A stretch of 64,000 nt of DNA from a virus (IMGVR_UViG_3300028588_000001:1-64000), one strand, 5' to 3'. Shown: positions 1 through 9,428, numbered from the stretch's first letter. Notes: a model not told the origin generated them from the sequence alone. Made by a program: numbers and translations.

Positions 1-3000
1 CTGGAGGACGTGCTGCAAGGCTTCGACAACCTGCCGAGCATCAAGGACCCGTTCGACCGCAACAAAACGCGCTTGCGCCTCATGGACCGTGCGCGCAAGG
101 TCTCGCTCGACGTGCGCGCGGCCGAGTCATCCAGCAAGAGCGACGAAAAAGGCGGCAAGCTGGACGTGCTGGCCGATAACGTCAAGCGGATCTACAGCAA
201 GTGGCATGCCGATCGCGGCACCCAGCTCATTTTCCTGGACCGCTCGGTACCGAAGAGCAAGGGCGACGACGCCATGCTCAAGGAATACGACGCCCTGGTG
301 GCGGCGCAACGCAAGGCGCTGGAAGATGGCGACGAGGCGGCGCAGCGCCGGGCCGATGAAAGCCTGGAGCGCTTCGACCCGAACGAAATGGAAGAGCTGC
401 GCAACGCGCAGGCCGGCGGCTGGAATGCCTACCAGCAGATCAAGGACAACTTGATCGCGCGCGGCATCCCGGCGAACGAGATCCGCTTCATTCAGGAGGC
501 GAACACCGACGCCCAGAAGCAAGCGCTGTTCGATGCCGTCAACGCGGGCCATGTGCGCGTGCTGATCGGGTCGACCCCGCGCATGGGCGCCGGTACCAAC
601 GTGCAAAAGCTGCTGGTCGGCCTGCACCACGCCGATGTGACGTGGAAGCCGTCGGACATCGAGCAGCGCGAGGGCCGCATCATCCGTCAGGGCAATGAGC
701 TGCTCAAGAAATACGGCGTCGACAAGTTCGAGGTCGAGATCCTGGCCTACGCCACCGAGCGCACGATCGACGCGAAAATGTGGTCGCTCAACGCCTCGAA
801 GCTCAAGACCATCAACGCGATCCGCAACTACGACGGCGCTTTCTCGATGGACTTCGAGGACGAAGATTCCGTGTCGATGGCCGAGCTGGCCGCGTTGGCA
901 TCGGGCGACCCGCTGCTGCTGGAGCGCGTCAAGCTGATGTCCGAGATCGACAAGCTGGAACTGCTCAAGCGTGCGCACGCGCGCAAGGAGTGGGCAGTCG
1001 TCGGCCAGATCGAGGATGCCGAGAAGGATATCGCGAACCTGCCGCGCCGCATCACCGTGGCCGAGCAGGACGCCGCGGCCGCGCTGGCCGGCGCGCAAGC
1101 GATGGAAGAGTCCGCGCAAGGACGCACGGTCTCGATCGAGGGCGTCATCTACACCAGCGGAACCGAGGCGCGCAAAGCGGTCTACCAGATCTTCAAGGAG
1201 CAGAGCGGCGGCGACGAAAAGGCCAAGGTCTCGATCTCGGTCGGCAAGCGCCGCCTCACGTCCCTTGACGGCGCACTTGCGGCCGTCGGTACCGAAATGG
1301 GCGATGAGCAAACGTTCGCCATGACGGTCGACTTCAAGGACTACATTGCCCGCACCGATGCCGCGCGCGCGATCGCCGAGCTGGCAAAGGATCGTTCTGT
1401 GGGCTTGAACGAGGACGACGCTACGACGGTCGACCTGGGCGAGTTCTACGGCATGACGCTTTCGGCCACGTTCTCGCGCGCGCCGCACGCTGGATTCTGG
1501 ACTTCGCTCGCAGTACTGCGCCCGGACGGCTCGACCCTGGCCTCGGGCGAAACGCGACTGCGGGAGGACTGGCAGTACACCACGTCGGGCATGCGCACCG
1601 CCCTGGACGAGCTGGAGAAGCTGGTTCAGCCGAAGCGGCTGGAATATGTACGTGAAACCCTGGAGCGCAAGCTCGCGCGCGCGCATGCTTCGCTGCCCGA
1701 GCTGCAAGCCCGGCGCGGCGGCCCGTTCAAGCAACAGGCCGAGCTGGATGAGAAGAATGCGCGCCTGGAGGAAGTGATTCGCCAGCTGTCGAGCGGCCCG
1801 TCGACGCCGGCGCGCAGTATCACGCTACGCGGCAACCCGCTGCGCAATGTGGATGGCTCCTACCGCCGGCAGGAACCGATGCCGATGATGCGCGGCCAAT
1901 CAAAGGTCTTGGAGCCTTCTAAAATGCTGCCGCGTGCGGTAGTAGAAGAAGAAATTTTTAAGCGGATTGGCAAATTTGAACACCAGCCCCCGATCCTCGT
2001 CGCCGACAGCATCACAGATGTTTTCCCCGACTTGGCGCCCGGGTCCGCTTACGGCCTGACCCACAAGGGCCGGATCTACCTGTTCCGTGACGCCCTCCCG
2101 AATCTGCGGGAGGTCCAGCGGACCTTGTTCCATGAAATGCTGCACTACGGCCTCCGTCGCTTCCTGACAAGCGAGCAGTATAACAGCCAGATGATGAATC
2201 TTTATCAAGCCGACAAGAGCGCAAAAGCCTATGCCGACTGGTGGGTAACGACCACGCAGGGCCGCAAGGTGACGGCCGCACGCGGCGCCGAAACCGCGCG
2301 CGTGTTCGGCGTCGATGAGTATCTGGCGTGGTGGGCCGAGGGCGGTCGTGGCGAGTACAAGGATAACAGCTTGCGCGCGCGCTCAGCCCGCCAGATCCTG
2401 CGCTGGCTCGCGAACTTGGCGAATTTCCTGGGCTTCCCGCCGGGCGTCGCCGCGTGGCTGAACGGCCGCACAGCGCCGCAGGCGCACGACCTGATCAAGA
2501 GCATTTTCGCCAAGATGGAGACCAATGCGCCGCGCGCGAATCCGTGGCTTGACGAAGAAGCGGCATCGTTCCGCCGGCCGGAATGGGCAAGCGATGCCAC
2601 GGCCGAAGAGCTGGGTGGCCTGCATCGCCCGATCGAAGATATCCGGGAAGAGGAACCGGGCCAGGATCAGGGTAATTTCGCGAAGTGGTTCGGGAATTCC
2701 AAGGTGGTCGACCCGCAGTCGGGTGAACCGCTGCGCGTGTATCACGGAACCGTTGCCGACTTCGATGCGTTCGACGCTACAAAACGCGGCGCGACGACCA
2801 TGCACCCGACTGCGCGCGCTGGCTTCTTCTTTTCGGCTTCGCCGGAAGTGGCCGCACAATTCGCCGGCGAATCGCTGGCCGGCAAGCCTCTGCGCCCGAC
2901 ATACAAGGATGGGGCAAACGTCATGCCCGTCTATCTGGCGATCAGCAACCCGCTGCGCATCCCGGCGGCCGAATTCATGCGCAAGTACGTTGCCGAACGG

Positions 3001-6000
3001 GCAGATCTGGATCGCCTCGCGCAGCGCGCCCAGGCCGCCGGACACGACGGCATCTTGATCGAGGGCGATGCCAAGCTCGGCGCGATGTGGGGCGGCGCCG
3101 AGCATGGGGCCGACACATGGGTGGCCTTCAAGCCCGAGCAGGTCAAGAGCGCAACCGGCAACAGCGGCGCATACGGCACCGACACGTCCAATATCATGTT
3201 CCGCGAGACAGGCCTGGGCGAAGCCCTTGCCGGCGCCATGAACAATGCGGCCGCCGTGCGCCTGCCGGCCGGCTACCAGCTGGGCGACCTGTTCAACAAG
3301 TCGGGCAAGATCAGCTGGTGGCACAAGACGATCGGCACCATGGACAACCTGGCCAAGCATCACCCAGCGTTCGCGCCGGTCTACAGCGCCGTCCAGTCGT
3401 TCCTGGGCGACGTGTCCCGCTTTGCCACCGTGCCGGCCGATGCCGCGCCGCGCCTGCTGCCGAAGCTGGAGGACATCAAGGACATCATCGGCAAGGACCG
3501 CAAAAAGCCAGTGACGGCCGCCGACACCAAGGCGATCGCGGCGCCAATCTTCGAGGGCACGCTGATCTGGGCGCGCGACAGCCATGGCGAGCCGGTCAAG
3601 GTGAAGGATCTCGAAGAGCAGGCGGCCGCAATGACTGTCGGCCAGAAGGCGCAGGTCCTGCTGCACAAGGGCGTCATCACCGACGAGCAAAACCGCGCAT
3701 GGCTGGCAAGCCCACTGGACTTCTACGACGCCACCATCGAGCGCCGCTATGCCGAGAGCGAACTCAAGGCGGGCGTCGTGTGGAGCGATAAAGAGCTGCG
3801 TGGCCTGTTCCGCCTGGACGACGAGCAGATCGCCCTGTATCGCGAATTCCGCGCCGCGACCGACAAGAGCCTCGCCAATCTGACGATCACCGAAATGATC
3901 AAGATGGGCGGCAAGGATGCCGAGGGCATGCTGGAGCCAGCGCTCGACGCCGCGGCTGATCCGCGTCACCTGTACGCCGGCGTCGACGCGGCGGCCGAGC
4001 TGCTGCGCGATCACTTCATCAAGCTGGCCCAGGACGTGCCGGACATGCAGGACATGCACCTTGCGACCGCGAAGAAGATCATGGATCTCGGCGACCGCGC
4101 GACGGATCTGATGGACCGGGGCTATGCGCCACTGTCACGCTTTGGCAAGTACACCGTCTACGTGACCGAGGAAAACGAGGACGGCGAATCCGAGCAGGTC
4201 TATTTCGGCATGTTCGAGACTTCGGCCGAGGCAGCGCGCATGGCTCGCCACATGACGGGCGCGCATCCCGAGGCGCAGGTCATGCAGGGCACGGTATCCG
4301 AACAGGCATACAAGCTGTTCGCCGGCGTCGCGCCGGAAACCATCGAACTCTTCGGCTCGATGGTGGGCATGGACAACGTGAATCCCGAGGCGCGCAGTGT
4401 GTATGAGACCTATCTGCAACTGGCGAAGAGCAACCGCTCGGCTATGAAGCGCATGATCCAGCGTAAGGGCATCGCCGGTTTCAGCGAGGACGCCGGCCGC
4501 GTGCTGGCTTCGTTCATCTATTCCAATGCACGCTTGGCAGCAGGCAATGCGCACCTGGGCGAGATCGACGCGGCCGTAAGTGAGATTCCACAGGGACTTG
4601 GCGAGCTGAAAGACGCTGCAATGGAGCTGCGCAGCCACATCAAGGACCCACAGGGCGGCGGCACGATGCTCGGCGGGATGATGTTCGCGCAGTTCCTGGG
4701 CGGCTCGATCGCATCGGCCATGGTCAACCTCACGCAGCCGTTCACCATGACCCTGCCGTACTTGAGCCAGTGGGGCGGCCTGGCCGGCGCCGGCAAGCGG
4801 CTGGGCGAGGCGATCCGACTGGCGCGCAAGGATGTGACCGGCGATGCACGCCTGGATGCCGCTCTCAAATGGGCAACGGAAGAAGGCATCGTGGCGCCGC
4901 AGGAGATCCACTACCTGCAGGCGCAGGCATCCGGCAAGGCTCAGCTGCGCACCGGCGACGGCACGAAGGCGGGCGATGCGCGCGCCATGCTCAACAACAC
5001 CATGGCCAAGGTTTCGCTCGGCTGGGGCAAGTTGTTCGCCATGGCCGAGCTGGCAAACCGCCGAATCACGTTCATCGCCGCCTACCAGACAGCGGTGGCG
5101 CAGCGGATTGCGAACCCGGCCGGCTTCGCCGAAGAGGCGGTGCGCCAAACGCAGGGCACGTACAACAGCGGCAACAAACCGCGCTGGGCGCGCGGCACGC
5201 TCGGCGGGCTCGCGATGACGTTCAAGCAGTACTCGATCGCGTACCTCGAACTGCTGACCCGCATGTTCACCGCCGGCGCCCCGGGCTCGCCCGAGCGCGC
5301 AGCCGGCCGGCGCGCAGCGCTCTACATGGTCGCGATCCTGTTCCTGATGGCGGGCGCCGACGGCCTGCCGTTCGAGCAGGATCTGGAAGATGCGCTCGAT
5401 GGCATCTTGCAGCGCTTCGGCTACAACTTCAGCACGAAGCGGGAGAAGCAAGCCTTCCTGACCGAAGTGCTGGGCCAGGGCGGCGCCGACTTCGTGCTCA
5501 AGGGTATGTCGGCTGTCCCGGGCATGCCGATCGACGTGGCCGGCCGCTTCGGCATGGGCAACCTCATCCCGGCAACCGGGCTCCTGACGAAAAAGGACTC
5601 GTACACGTCCGACCTGGGCGAGCTGGCCGGCCCGGCCGGCGACATCGCCAAGCGCGCTTTCACCGCCACCGGCAAGCTGCTGGGCGGCGATATCGGCGGC
5701 GCGGCGCTGGACATTTCGCCGGCGTCGGTGCGCAACGTAATCAAGGGCGTCGACATGCTCGACAGTGGCGCCTACAAGGATACGCGCGGGTACAAGGTCA
5801 ACGACGTGACGCCGACCGAGGCGGTGTTGAAGGCGATCGGCTTCCAGCCAAGCAGCACGGCCGATATTCAGGACAACAAGGGCCAGGCCCTGAATATGAT
5901 CGCTCAAACGCGCATGCGCTCGGTGGAGATCGCCGAACGCTGGTCGCAGGGTATCGCGAGCGGGGATGAGAAGATGATTCAGGAGGCGCGCGCAATGCGT

Positions 6001-6168
6001 GACGACTGGAATCGGAAGAACCCGGAAACGCCGATCCGCGTGAACATGCCTGCTGTGATCAAGCGGGCGCGCGCGATGCGACAGGATGTGTTGAACCGTA
6101 CGAAGATGACGGCGCCGAAGGCGCTCAAGGCTTCGGTTCGTGCTGAACTGGCCCAGGTGCGGGATTGA
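1..6168 (+). CDS. Giant virion polyvalent protein, 5'-truncated (DarB-like SF2 helicase C-lobe, zincin, ART-like, PLxRFG domains)
   Basis: Frame 1 is open from base 1 to TGA at 6166-6168. Helicase-C motifs (VRVLIGSTPRMGAGTNVQ, HHADVTWKPSDIEQREGRIIRQGN); HEMLH at 2131-2145; VYHGT..GFFFS..NVMPVYL ART-like segment at ~2680-3200; PLSRFG at 4129-4146. Confidence 0.88.
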   Translation: MEDVLQGFDNLPSIKDPFDRNKTRLRLMDRARKVSLDVRAAESSSKSDEKGGKLDVLADNVKRIYSKWHADRGTQLIFLDRSVPKSKGDDAMLKEYDALVAAQRKALEDGDEAAQRRADESLERFDPNEMEELRNAQAGGWNAYQQIKDNLIARGIPANEIRFIQEANTDAQKQALFDAVNAGHVRVLIGSTPRMGAGTNVQKLLVGLHHADVTWKPSDIEQREGRIIRQGNELLKKYGVDKFEVEILAYATERTIDAKMWSLNASKLKTINAIRNYDGAFSMDFEDEDSVSMAELAALASGDPLLLERVKLMSEIDKLELLKRAHARKEWAVVGQIEDAEKDIANLPRRITVAEQDAAAALAGAQAMEESAQGRTVSIEGVIYTSGTEARKAVYQIFKEQSGGDEKAKVSISVGKRRLTSLDGALAAVGTEMGDEQTFAMTVDFKDYIARTDAARAIAELAKDRSVGLNEDDATTVDLGEFYGMTLSATFSRAPHAGFWTSLAVLRPDGSTLASGETRLREDWQYTTSGMRTALDELEKLVQPKRLEYVRETLERKLARAHASLPELQARRGGPFKQQAELDEKNARLEEVIRQLSSGPSTPARSITLRGNPLRNVDGSYRRQEPMPMMRGQSKVLEPSKMLPRAVVEEEIFKRIGKFEHQPPILVADSITDVFPDLAPGSAYGLTHKGRIYLFRDALPNLREVQRTLFHEMLHYGLRRFLTSEQYNSQMMNLYQADKSAKAYADWWVTTTQGRKVTAARGAETARVFGVDEYLAWWAEGGRGEYKDNSLRARSARQILRWLANLANFLGFPPGVAAWLNGRTAPQAHDLIKSIFAKMETNAPRANPWLDEEAASFRRPEWASDATAEELGGLHRPIEDIREEEPGQDQGNFAKWFGNSKVVDPQSGEPLRVYHGTVADFDAFDATKRGATTMHPTARAGFFFSASPEVAAQFAGESLAGKPLRPTYKDGANVMPVYLAISNPLRIPAAEFMRKYVAERADLDRLAQRAQAAGHDGILIEGDAKLGAMWGGAEHGADTWVAFKPEQVKSATGNSGAYGTDTSNIMFRETGLGEALAGAMNNAAAVRLPAGYQLGDLFNKSGKISWWHKTIGTMDNLAKHHPAFAPVYSAVQSFLGDVSRFATVPADAAPRLLPKLEDIKDIIGKDRKKPVTAADTKAIAAPIFEGTLIWARDSHGEPVKVKDLEEQAAAMTVGQKAQVLLHKGVITDEQNRAWLASPLDFYDATIERRYAESELKAGVVWSDKELRGLFRLDDEQIALYREFRAATDKSLANLTITEMIKMGGKDAEGMLEPALDAAADPRHLYAGVDAAAELLRDHFIKLAQDVPDMQDMHLATAKKIMDLGDRATDLMDRGYAPLSRFGKYTVYVTEENEDGESEQVYFGMFETSAEAARMARHMTGAHPEAQVMQGTVSEQAYKLFAGVAPETIELFGSMVGMDNVNPEARSVYETYLQLAKSNRSAMKRMIQRKGIAGFSEDAGRVLASFIYSNARLAAGNAHLGEIDAAVSEIPQGLGELKDAAMELRSHIKDPQGGGTMLGGMMFAQFLGGSIASAMVNLTQPFTMTLPYLSQWGGLAGAGKRLGEAIRLARKDVTGDARLDAALKWATEEGIVAPQEIHYLQAQASGKAQLRTGDGTKAGDARAMLNNTMAKVSLGWGKLFAMAELANRRITFIAAYQTAVAQRIANPAGFAEEAVRQTQGTYNSGNKPRWARGTLGGLAMTFKQYSIAYLELLTRMFTAGAPGSPERAAGRRAALYMVAILFLMAGADGLPFEQDLEDALDGILQRFGYNFSTKREKQAFLTEVLGQGGADFVLKGMSAVPGMPIDVAGRFGMGNLIPATGLLTKKDSYTSDLGELAGPAGDIAKRAFTATGKLLGGDIGGAALDISPASVRNVIKGVDMLDSGAYKDTRGYKVNDVTPTEAVLKAIGFQPSSTADIQDNKGQALNMIAQTRMRSVEIAERWSQGIASGDEKMIQEARAMRDDWNRKNPETPIRVNMPAVIKRARAMRQDVLNRTKMTAPKALKASVRAELAQVRD

Positions 6169-6171
6169 TGA

Positions 6172-6241
6172 TGGACGGCTGGGGAGTCGAACCCCACTGG
6201 GCGGGGTATAACTCCCACCGCGCTCAACCCTAAGCCCGCCC
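6172..6241 (-). pseudogene. Degenerate tRNA-like element
   Basis: Minus strand gives a perfect T-arm TGGGG-TTCGACT-CCCCA and a 6/7-bp acceptor stem (GGGCGG/CCGTCC) with discriminator A. D-arm and anticodon loop are non-canonical and there is no CCA. Confidence 0.4.
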
Positions 6242-6245
6242 TTTT

Positions 6246-6272
6246 AAAAGCCCGGAGAGATCCGGGCTTTTT
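6246..6272. terminator. Bidirectional intrinsic terminator
   Basis: AAAAGCCCGGA-GAGA-TCCGGGCTTTT(T) between the converging giant gene and hns. Confidence 0.8.
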
Positions 6273-6341
6273 AAATTTTAAAACTCTGTAAGTTCTTGAT
6301 TATTAAAGAAAAGCGATTTTTAAATTAAAAATCAGCAGCTT

Positions 6342-6701
6342 TTAAACACTTGGAATGCGCAGATTATCCAAAGTCTTGCCCTGGGCGATCAGGTCCTTTA
6401 CCCACTTGGGCATGCGGCCGCGACCTGACCATTTATTCTTGTCGTCGTTCGGGTCAATGTAGCGCACAGGCGCCGGCTGACCTTTCTTGGCCTTCGGAGG
6501 CTGGTTGCTGGTCACATCGCCGAGCCTGCCGGTTTTAGCAAGCAGCTCGCGCAGGGAAATGCCAAGGCCATGAGCAATTGCATACACCTGATCAGCGGCA
6601 TCCTGATAGGTCTTGTTTTCAGTCTTGACGATTTGTCTCTCGACACGCCCTTGAAGCTCTTTCAGCTGGGCAATGTTCATACTTTCTAATTGATCAAACA
6701 T
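6342..6701 (-). CDS. hns: H-NS family nucleoid-associated protein
   Basis: N-terminal coiled coil plus C-terminal signature VRYIDP..KWSGRGRMPKW. Confidence 0.93.
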   Translation of the reverse strand: MFDQLESMNIAQLKELQGRVERQIVKTENKTYQDAADQVYAIAHGLGISLRELLAKTGRLGDVTSNQPPKAKKGQPAPVRYIDPNDDKNKWSGRGRMPKWVKDLIAQGKTLDNLRIPSV

Positions 6702-6723
6702 TTGAGTCTTTCCCTTTGGTGTG

Positions 6724-6772
6724 AATTACAAAATGCGTTAGTAATCATAGCGCATAAGGAATGACGATTGAA
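6724..6772 (-). promoter_or_regulatory. Sigma70 promoter of hns with overlapping palindromic operator
   Basis: Minus strand TTCAAT (6767-72)-N17-TATGAT (6744-49). Operator AATTACAAA-ATGCG-TTAGTAATC at 6724-6746. Confidence 0.6.
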
Positions 6773-6788
6773 ATACCAATGGAACAAT

Positions 6789-6813
6789 AAAAAAGCCGGC
6801 TTAATGCCGGCTT
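6789..6813 (-). terminator. Intrinsic terminator
   Basis: AAGCCGGC-TTAAT-GCCGGCTT with an A-run on its left, i.e. a U-tract on the minus strand, just after the stop of 6825..7484. Confidence 0.7.
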
Positions 6814-6824
6814 GAATTAGCGCA

Positions 6825-7484
6825 TTAGCGCCGGAACTGCCATCGAGCGGGAGGCAAGGGCGGCCGTTCCATGTCGGCGAATGTATCGTAGCGAGTACGC
6901 TCGGTACCCTTGCGAATTTCAGTCAGGAGCATGGTTGCCAGCTCATCGGATACGCGGGGAATTACCACTTCGAGTGGCGCCTCGTAGATCGCCGCGTCGC
7001 TCAGGTAGTACCCTGCACTCTGATCGCCGAGGCTGACCCGCAAATGCGTCATTTCGCGTACCCTGTCCCGCACTGCTTTTACTTCCAGCAGGCGCATTAC
7101 GATGCGGCGCGAATGGTTGATCGCCATAGCCGTCGCTGCGTTGTCGAGCCCACGGAAAGAATCGATGTGGAACATCGGGAGGCTGTAATCCTTTGGGTAC
7201 CGCGTCCCAGGCGCACGCACGAACTGCGGATCGCCGGCGGCCATGGAGTACTGACCGACCATGCGCTCAACGTCGCCCAGGTAGCGGCGCAGCATGCCAA
7301 TCTGCTCAGCCATGTCGCTTTGCATGTCGCGTGCTTTCGCGCGCTCCTGCGCCGAGCGGCTGCTCAGCGCCTCATTGGCGCGACGTGACAGGCCCAGCTC
7401 GTACTCGGCGCCGTGCAGGCGGTCATGCGCGCGTGCCAGTGCGACCTGCAGGCGCAGGCCGTGCCGTTTCTTGCGTTGGCTCAT
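6825..7484 (-). CDS. Hypothetical protein
   Basis: 219-aa ORF whose start overlaps the upstream stop, followed by a terminator. Confidence 0.65.
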   Translation of the reverse strand: MSQRKKRHGLRLQVALARAHDRLHGAEYELGLSRRANEALSSRSAQERAKARDMQSDMAEQIGMLRRYLGDVERMVGQYSMAAGDPQFVRAPGTRYPKDYSLPMFHIDSFRGLDNAATAMAINHSRRIVMRLLEVKAVRDRVREMTHLRVSLGDQSAGYYLSDAAIYEAPLEVVIPRVSDELATMLLTEIRKGTERTRYDTFADMERPPLPPARWQFRR

Positions 7485-8164
7485 GCCGCCGCCCCGGTTT
7501 GAGCGTAGGGCACCGTGACGGTCGAGCCCAGACCGCGCGAAAAGTCGCGCAGGTTTTCGTGACCCGTCACGGAAACTTGGCGGCGCAGCTCTTCCTCGAA
7601 CAGATAGCCCAGCTGCTCGCCGGCCAGGTTGCCGGGCAGGATCTGGTCGACCTCGATCATGCGCGCGACGTGCTCAACGAAGTCGATGCCTTCCTGCGGC
7701 AGTGCGATGCCTTCGCGGCCGTGGTGCGCGGCCAGATACAAGGCCTTGCTCAAGAAGCGCATGCCTTGCGCGAATGGGATCTTGACGCGGGTTTGTTTGC
7801 GCACCGATGCCAGCGCGCGCTCGACCGATTCAACATCGCCGAGGCCGTTCAGCAGCGCCGCGGCCGCGAGGCGGTGGCCGATCGCGCCCAGGTTGGTACC
7901 GGCCAGCGCGTCCTTGAGCGCGCGTACCGCACAGACAACGGCGAACTCGGCCAGCGCGTCGTCCTCGGCGATGCTTTCGGCCGTCGGGTGCAGATAGGTC
8001 GGCGCCGGCGGCGTGCTGTTTTGCGTGGCCGCGATTACCCGCAGGCTTCGCTCGCTCAACGGGGCGCCTTTCATAAGCTCCTGGGCGGCATTGGCGGCAT
8101 CCATGGCAAACGTCATGATGGACTGTGCGAGGAAGGTCGGATCGGTCTTTTGGGAGTCTTGCAT
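7481..8164 (-). CDS. Hypothetical protein
   Basis: ATG at 8164 (MQDSQKT) after a GGA-containing RBS. The longer ORF in the track overlaps rep and is unlikely. Confidence 0.6.
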   Translation of the reverse strand: MQDSQKTDPTFLAQSIMTFAMDAANAAQELMKGAPLSERSLRVIAATQNSTPPAPTYLHPTAESIAEDDALAEFAVVCAVRALKDALAGTNLGAIGHRLAAAALLNGLGDVESVERALASVRKQTRVKIPFAQGMRFLSKALYLAAHHGREGIALPQEGIDFVEHVARMIEVDQILPGNLAGEQLGYLFEEELRRQVSVTGHENLRDFSRGLGSTVTVPYAQTGAAA

Positions 8165-8234
8165 TTCCGTGTTTCCATTCAAGTGAAGATGGATTCGAGT
8201 GTATGGCGGCTTCCCGGAAACTTTACTTTTTCCC

Positions 8235-9197
8235 CTACTCGATGACCTCGACCAGATGGCCGGCCGCAATGCCCTTGTAGATGCCCTCCATCTGCCGGCC
8301 GACGTATGTTGTCGTGTTGCCGGCGAAGTCGGTAACATCGGCCGTGCCATCGTAGATGCGAATGGACAGGCCTTTGACCGGATGCTGATACTTTTTGAAC
8401 CGGCAGGATCTCGCGACCTGGGCGAGCTTGGCGCCCTGCGGATTCTCCGCGCGCAGGATCTGCGCCGCTTTGCCCGCATAGTCGATCTTCTTCGGGTTCG
8501 CGAGCATCTTGTGCATGTAGGAGAAGGCCCGGGAGCGCGTGGCGCCTGCACGTTGCAGGTAGGGCTTGGCGATCAGGTAGACGTGTTCGAGCTGGTAGCC
8601 GGCTCGGGCGGCAATGCCGAGCAGCTTGCAAATGCCTGTCGGCTTGATGCCCGTTTCTTCCGGCATCTTTTCCACAGCAGGCGGTAGCTTGATCGGGTTT
8701 TCCCCTCGATTTTTAATCGAGATCTCTTGGTATTCTTTTTTTAAGCTAAGGTCCTTGTATATAGCACCGTCGGACATTTCTGTCTCTTGAGTCGGCAACT
8801 CTGGTTCCTGGGTAGCTTTTTCGGGCTTGATTGGAAGCAGGACCAGCTCGCAAAACGCCTGCGAAAATCGGTACCAGCGCGTGATGAATTGCCCATATTC
8901 CGATCGTCCCTCGCCGATCGGCGTCACCCAGCCCAGCAGCAAGCAGGCCTTGAGCACGCGCTGCACGGTCTTGTAGCTCACGCCGGCCTCATCGGCGACG
9001 TTGCCCAGCTTGGCATGTACCGGCGCGCACCCATTGTATTTACACGCTCGGGTAACGAAGGCCTTGAGGACCGGGATGGTACTCGGAGGTAACGTGCGGA
9101 ACGTCGGGTGACATTCGAGTCTGAGTAGGGCCATCTGGATAACCTTCGGGTACTTCAAGTAAGGGGAGACTACATCATCTAGGGTTTGAGCGAGCAT
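8235..9197 (-). CDS. repA: Plasmid replication initiator (Burkholderiales-type wHTH Rep)
   Basis: wHTH (LGNVADEAGVSYKTVQRVLKACLLLGWV) followed by GRSEYGQF; directly downstream of parAB; ATG at 9197 with GAAGGA RBS. Confidence 0.75.
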   Translation of the reverse strand: MLAQTLDDVVSPYLKYPKVIQMALLRLECHPTFRTLPPSTIPVLKAFVTRACKYNGCAPVHAKLGNVADEAGVSYKTVQRVLKACLLLGWVTPIGEGRSEYGQFITRWYRFSQAFCELVLLPIKPEKATQEPELPTQETEMSDGAIYKDLSLKKEYQEISIKNRGENPIKLPPAVEKMPEETGIKPTGICKLLGIAARAGYQLEHVYLIAKPYLQRAGATRSRAFSYMHKMLANPKKIDYAGKAAQILRAENPQGAKLAQVARSCRFKKYQHPVKGLSIRIYDGTADVTDFAGNTTTYVGRQMEGIYKGIAAGHLVEVIE

Positions 9198-9232
9198 GGG
9201 GTATCCTTCACCACTTCTGGGTGAATAACGGT

Positions 9233-9261
9233 TTGACGCCAGCACCGCCGGGAGCTAATAT
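9233..9261 (+). promoter_or_regulatory. Sigma70 promoter antisense to the rep leader
   Basis: TTGACG (9233-38)-N17-TAATAT (9256-61). Confidence 0.7.
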
Positions 9262-9267
9262 TTGTGC

Positions 9268-9347
9268 CTCAAGTGGCAATTAGCTCCCATTGGTGTGGGG
9301 CCTAAAAAAGCAAAAACCCCGCAGCCGGTAAGCTGCGGGGTTTTTTT
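9268..9347 (+). ncRNA. Predicted counter-transcribed RNA (ctRNA) for copy-number control
   Basis: About 80 nt between a near-consensus promoter and a terminator in the parB-rep intergenic region, on the opposite strand, as in repABC replicons. The start is estimated from the -10 box. Confidence 0.55.
9312..9347. terminator. Bidirectional intrinsic terminator
   Basis: AAAAACCCCGCAGC-CGGTAA-GCTGCGGGGTTTTT(TT). Confidence 0.85.
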
Positions 9348-9395
9348 ATGGGCGCTTGGTGGGCTACATGCCTGTCCTCCTTACGCGCTGTCCAA

Positions 9396-9427
9396 TTTTA
9401 AATTTTAAAATCTTGTAAGCCATTGAT
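9396..9427. repeat. TTTTAAATTTTAAAA palindrome plus IHF-like box; second copy at 6269-6301
   Basis: Identical 15-mer at 6269-6283 and 9396-9410, each followed by TGTAAG-N3-TTGATT, which matches the IHF consensus WATCAANNNNTTR on the minus strand. Confidence 0.6.
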
Positions 9428-9428
9428 T

